This document shows positions 60,734 to 64,000 of a stretch of DNA of 64,000 bases, in pieces. The position numbers and the translations under genes are program-made. Below the pieces are notes generated by a model that saw only the letters and a program-made list of their open reading frames with translations, was not told the DNA's origin and did no database searches. The DNA lies in NCBI GenBank assembly GCA_963422735.1, contig OY730476.1:3840001-3904000 (forward strand), written 5' to 3'. This DNA is from Candidatus Latescibacterota bacterium (GTDB lineage Bacteria; Latescibacterota; UBA2968; UBA8231). Every line of letters begins with the position of its first letter. Within the stretch, counting starts at the first letter, position 1.

Positions 60734-61156
60734 ATGCCCGTGGGAGACAGAAACGCTATAATCGCCGGTTGTGGAATGCACCACGTAGCCGTGCAGACTC
60801 GCGATTGGGAAACGTCGCTGAGCTTCTACCGAGATGTGCTGGGCATGGAGGTCGTCGCCGAATTTGGTTCGCCTGAACGCAGGATCGCGCTCTTGGACGC
60901 GGGCGACGGAAGCCACCTCGAACTCTTCGCCCCCACGGCCGAATCACCCGCGCTTGGAGCCGAAAGCCCCAACGATCCGGTGATGCACTTTGCCTTGGCG
61001 GTTACAGACGCACGTGCTGCTACGGAGCGGGTGCGAGCGGCCGGATGCGAGATCGCGGTCGAACCCAAGGATCTGACGCTGGACAGGCTGAATGTGACGG
61101 TCGCCTTTTTCAAAGGACCTAGCGGCGAAGTCGTGGAATTTTTCCAGACTCACTAG
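60734..61156 (+). CDS. VOC/glyoxalase family protein
   Basis: HHVAV...SLSFYRDVLG...LELF...HFALAV...FFKGPSGEVVEF. ATG at 60734. Confidence 0.88.
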   Translation: MPVGDRNAIIAGCGMHHVAVQTRDWETSLSFYRDVLGMEVVAEFGSPERRIALLDAGDGSHLELFAPTAESPALGAESPNDPVMHFALAVTDARAATERVRAAGCEIAVEPKDLTLDRLNVTVAFFKGPSGEVVEFFQTH

Positions 61157-61169
61157 ACTGAGTTGGCAC

Positions 61170-61202
61170 AAAAAAGCGCGGGTGCCCAAAGGGCCCGCGC
61201 TT
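61170..61202 (-). terminator. Intrinsic terminator between the convergent VOC and csp genes
   Basis: AAAAAAGCGCGGGTGCCCAAAGGGCCCGCGCTT, a GC stem with a U-tract on the minus strand. Confidence 0.75.
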
Positions 61203-61223
61203 CTCGTGTTTGTATGTAGAGAT

Positions 61224-61463
61224 TTATTGCGGAGTTTCGGTTTCGGGGGCCGTGCCGATGACTACCACGTCTCTAGCTTGGAGGCCCTTGGGGCTAGTGA
61301 CCGTTTCAAATTCTACCCGCTGACCTTCCTCTAGGGAGCGGAAACCATCGCCGCGGATCGCGCTGTAATGGACAAAGACGTCGTCTTGTCCTTCGCGCTG
61401 AATAAAACCAAACCCCTTGGAACTATCGAACCACTTGACGGATCCACTTTGACGTTCGGACAT
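61224..61463 (-). CDS. Cold-shock protein
   Basis: [24 protein letters not shown] and [13 protein letters not shown] at 61463 with a GGGAGG RBS. Confidence 0.95.
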   Translation of the reverse strand: MSERQSGSVKWFDSSKGFGFIQREGQDDVFVHYSAIRGDGFRSLEEGQRVEFETVTSPKGLQARDVVVIGTAPETETPQ

Positions 61464-61560
61464 GATGAAGGTTACCTCCCTTCGATTGCTAATGGCATTG
61501 AGCTGAGCGTTCCAAGCTGGGCTTAAGGATGCCGACCAACAGGATTGGCTTACAAAAACC

Positions 61561-61899
61561 CTAGCGTGAGCCGCGCCCACCGGTTCCGCGTCCACCAGTT
61601 CCGCGTCCACCAGTTCCGCGCCCACCAGTTCCGCGCCCACCAGTTCCGCGCCCACCGGTTCCGCGCCCACCGGTTCCGCGCCCACCGCGGACGAAGCCAA
61701 CCTCGGCCATGCGAATGGCCTTCTGCTGCCGGCGGATGCTCTTTTGGCGGTTGATCTTCTTCTGGACCGAGGGTTTAGTATAGAAACGCCGCTTCTTCAA
61801 GTCGCGCAATAAGCCAGCTTTGCGGGTTTTGGACGTAAAGCGCCGCAGCGCCTTTTCAAAGGGTTCGTCCGATCTGACCTCGACGCTGAAATTGCTCAT
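61561..61899 (-). CDS. rpsU: 30S ribosomal protein S21 with a C-terminal (GGRGT)7 extension
   Basis: [10 protein letters not shown]...[24 protein letters not shown] and an RGG-repeat tail. Confidence 0.9.
   Translation of the reverse strand: MSNFSVEVRSDEPFEKALRRFTSKTRKAGLLRDLKKRRFYTKPSVQKKINRQKSIRRQQKAIRMAEVGFVRGGRGTGGRGTGGRGTGGRGTGGRGTGGRGTGGRGTGGRGSR
61568..61687 (-). repeat. 15-bp tandem repeat, about 8 copies, coding GGRGT
   Basis: The unit GTTCCGCGYCCACCR repeats on the plus strand with only synonymous third-position variation. Confidence 0.9.
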
Positions 61900-62141
61900 C
61901 TACTGCTCCTAACCCTTGGCGTTTAAGTTCCTACATAAGAAAATGTATATTTTACGCTATGGGTTGCTCTTAGTCAAGAGCCGTCTTGGCGGCGGTGCTG
62001 GCCCAAGGCGAGGGGCTATAAAAGTAGTTGCGATTTTGGACGGATGGTCTTTTTTTGTACAAAGACTCCCCTACTCATAGAGAAGTCGTGCTTCGCCGTT
62101 CGGCTTCCATGCTCCCTCTATATCGCACGTAAGGAGATGCC

Positions 62142-62339
62142 ATGGCTTTTTCGCATACTAATTCCAAGGGGGTCGCGTATATTCTGCATTCCCGGACCAC
62201 GATCCTCAAAAACGGGAACTCGCAGACGATTTACTTCTTTTCTAAAACCGAAAAAGAGGGTGCTCTCAACGCAGTGCCGAATGGCTATGAGGTCTCTGAG
62301 AGCAAAAACGGCCTACCAGTGCTAAAGCGCAGCAAGTAA
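62142..62339 (+). CDS. Small conserved-looking hypothetical protein (65 aa)
   Basis: AAGGAG RBS and MAFSHTNSKGVAYILH...TIYFF...GYEVSESKNGLPVLKR. Confidence 0.75.
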   Translation: MAFSHTNSKGVAYILHSRTTILKNGNSQTIYFFSKTEKEGALNAVPNGYEVSESKNGLPVLKRSK

Positions 62340-62478
62340 GCCACCTCGGCTGTGCCTCGTTCAGGCCGGTTCTTTTTCTCGGCATTCCCCGTCGAGAAAA
62401 AGCACCGGCCTTTTTTGTTGCCAAAGGTCGGTGCTGTCGCGCTTTTGCCGAGTATAGGGTTATCCTATACTATGTGGC

Positions 62479-63201
62479 ATGGTGTCAAAAAGAGCAGTGC
62501 GAGAACAGGCTACGGCCAACTTGCGGCAACGGCTGGCCGGAAACCCCTACGTAGGCCGCGGCATTGTAATTGGTCGGGCCGCGGAGGGGACTTGGATGCA
62601 GGTTTACTGGATCGCGGGGCGCAGTCCCAACAGCCGCAACCGTATCTTCGTCGCCGAGGGCGACGTGCTGCGGACGGAAGCGGCCGATCCCGCCAAATTG
62701 AGCGATCCCACGCTCATCATTTACAACGCCATGCGAGTTTGCGCTCGGCGCAGCATTGTCTCCAATGGGGTCCATACCGACGCCATATACGAGAGTTTTG
62801 CCGCCGGTCGCAGTTTTGCCGAGAGCTTGGCTAGCTGGCTACACGAGCCGGATCCGCCTAACTACACGCCGCGCATAGCGGGCTATGTAGATCTGGAGGC
62901 CGATGAGGCTTGGCTTGCCATACTCAAGGCCAGCCCCTTTGACCCCGAGCACAGCGAACGCCACTTCTTCCGCTTCGACTGCGTCGAGCCGGGCTGCGGT
63001 TACGCCATTACCACGTACGACTCAGATGGCGACCCGCTGCCTTCGTTTGCTGGAGTTCCCTACCTGTTGCCCCTCGCCGACGCGCCCGCTGGCCTTTGGG
63101 AAGCCCTAAGCCCCGAACATCGGATCGCGCTTGCGGTGCGTCGAATCGCGGCCGACGGCGCGGTCGAGACCGAAATCATCAACCGCTATGAGGCGGTCTA
63201 G
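62479..63201 (+). CDS. IMP cyclohydrolase (PurO-like/IMP_cyclohyd family)
   Basis: NPYVGRGIVIG, YWIAGRSPNSRNR, LIIYNAM, SNGVHTD and EPDPPNYTPRIAG. Confidence 0.8.
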   Translation: MVSKRAVREQATANLRQRLAGNPYVGRGIVIGRAAEGTWMQVYWIAGRSPNSRNRIFVAEGDVLRTEAADPAKLSDPTLIIYNAMRVCARRSIVSNGVHTDAIYESFAAGRSFAESLASWLHEPDPPNYTPRIAGYVDLEADEAWLAILKASPFDPEHSERHFFRFDCVEPGCGYAITTYDSDGDPLPSFAGVPYLLPLADAPAGLWEALSPEHRIALAVRRIAADGAVETEIINRYEAV

Positions 63202-64000
63202 TCCCTGTACGCGCGGTGGCAGAGGAAAAGCGCTGCAGCGAACAGGGCCACGGCCATTGCCTGATGCAGCGAGGCCAAGGCTAGGGGCATGTGCGCGACG
63301 ACAGTGCCAATCCCCAAGCCGATCTGGACGCCTACCAAGCAGAGGAGTAGGCCTGCCCCAGTTTTTAGGGCCGTGCGGCGGGCGGCTACCCATAGTGCTA
63401 GTGCCAGCCCGAGTACTGCAAAAGCGAAGAAGCGGTGTTGGAAGTGGACGGTAGTGGCGTTGTCGAGCAGATTTACGAGCGGCGGCTGCATGGACCACAA
63501 GCCGGCCGGAACCCAAACCCCGAACATTTTGGGGAAGGTATCCGATAGGTATCCGGCCTTGAGTCCGGCGACTAGGCCACCAGCGGCGATCTGAAGGCAG
63601 ACGGCGGCAAACAGCCAAGCGCAAAGGCGGCGTGCGGTGCGGGGCACCGGCCGAGCCTCTGTGGCAGACGACAAATAGCCGAGGGCCTGCCACAGGCAAG
63701 CGGCCAAAAGGGCTAGGGCGCAACAAAGGTGTAAGGTCAAGCGCAGATGACTTACTTGAGGCCGGTCGTCTAGCCCGCTCTTGACCATCAGCCAGCCCAC
63801 CAAGCCTTGAAGGGCGAAGAGCAGGCCAGTGCCCAGATAGGCGGGTATGTGGGCGCGGGGAATGGCTCGGCGGCAGAGGAAATAGAGTAGAGGCACCACA
63901 AAGAGCAACCCGGCCAGCCGACCGAGCAAGCGGTGGCCGAACTCCATGTGGTAAATAAACTTGAATTCGTCCAGCCCCATGCCATAGTTGACGAGTTGGT
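63198..64000 (-). CDS. ctaA: Heme A synthase COX15/CtaA (5' end outside the window)
   Basis: FKFIYHMEFGHRLLGR, GWLMVKSGL, VSHLRLTLH, GGLVAGLKAG, HFQHR and ASLHQ. Confidence 0.9.
   Translation of the reverse strand, partial: QLVNYGMGLDEFKFIYHMEFGHRLLGRLAGLLFVVPLLYFLCRRAIPRAHIPAYLGTGLLFALQGLVGWLMVKSGLDDRPQVSHLRLTLHLCCALALLAACLWQALGYLSSATEARPVPRTARRLCAWLFAAVCLQIAAGGLVAGLKAGYLSDTFPKMFGVWVPAGLWSMQPPLVNLLDNATTVHFQHRFFAFAVLGLALALWVAARRTALKTGAGLLLCLVGVQIGLGIGTVVAHMPLALASLHQAMAVALFAAALFLCHRAYRD

Noticed and set aside
61568-61687. Tandem repeat as a CRISPR array, or as a VGAEL-repeat N-terminus of the Csp ORF 61224-61700
   Set aside because: There are no spacers or cas genes. The repeat is in frame in rpsU, and Csp has its own RBS and ATG at 61463.

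Overview
A GC-rich bacterial window. The gene content (FlgD-Ig surface proteins ending in xxVAY, a DUF6785-type membrane protein, CRTAC1/ASPIC-UnbV, a C-terminal TWGxIK motif) suggests a diderm of the Latescibacterota/Poribacteria type; this is inference only. The main result is at 650-11684, a complete YcaO/SagB-type (linear azole peptide/TOMM) RiPP cluster that looks AT-richer than its surroundings. Its 38-aa precursor (650-766) is hidden inside a longer ORF call and is built from homopolymer blocks: MKLEIVSKPFDGYMSPAAK-GGGGGGGG-CCCCC-III-FF-C. Downstream lie a hairpin, an E1/ThiF-like partner, two SagB-type dehydrogenase genes (one apparently degenerate), an ABC-2 permease, a YcaO ending in PVPFP, a CPBP/CAAX protease, an ABC ATPase fused to a TPR domain, a TonB-dependent receptor and a secreted paralogue of that TPR domain. 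A second candidate system (about 18.9-36.4 kb) is a cell-envelope locus with three paralogous FlgD-Ig proteins, a large Asp-rich outer-membrane-type protein, a DUF6785-like permease, two paralogous CBM9/DOMON-like proteins, a lipoprotein and a PpiC foldase. The rest is housekeeping and sugar-acid catabolism (DEAD helicase, gltX, uxuA, psd, hemF, IlvD/Edd and DgoD-like dehydratases, frdABCD, csp, rpsU with an RGG-repeat tail, IMP cyclohydrolase, COX15/CtaA). It is interspersed with many decayed genes: a toxin-antitoxin graveyard, a type ISP-like R-M gene split around a PIN-domain TA cassette, and CRTAC1, DUF5916 and ADP-ribosylglycohydrolase remnants. All family assignments come from motif recognition by eye; no searches were run.
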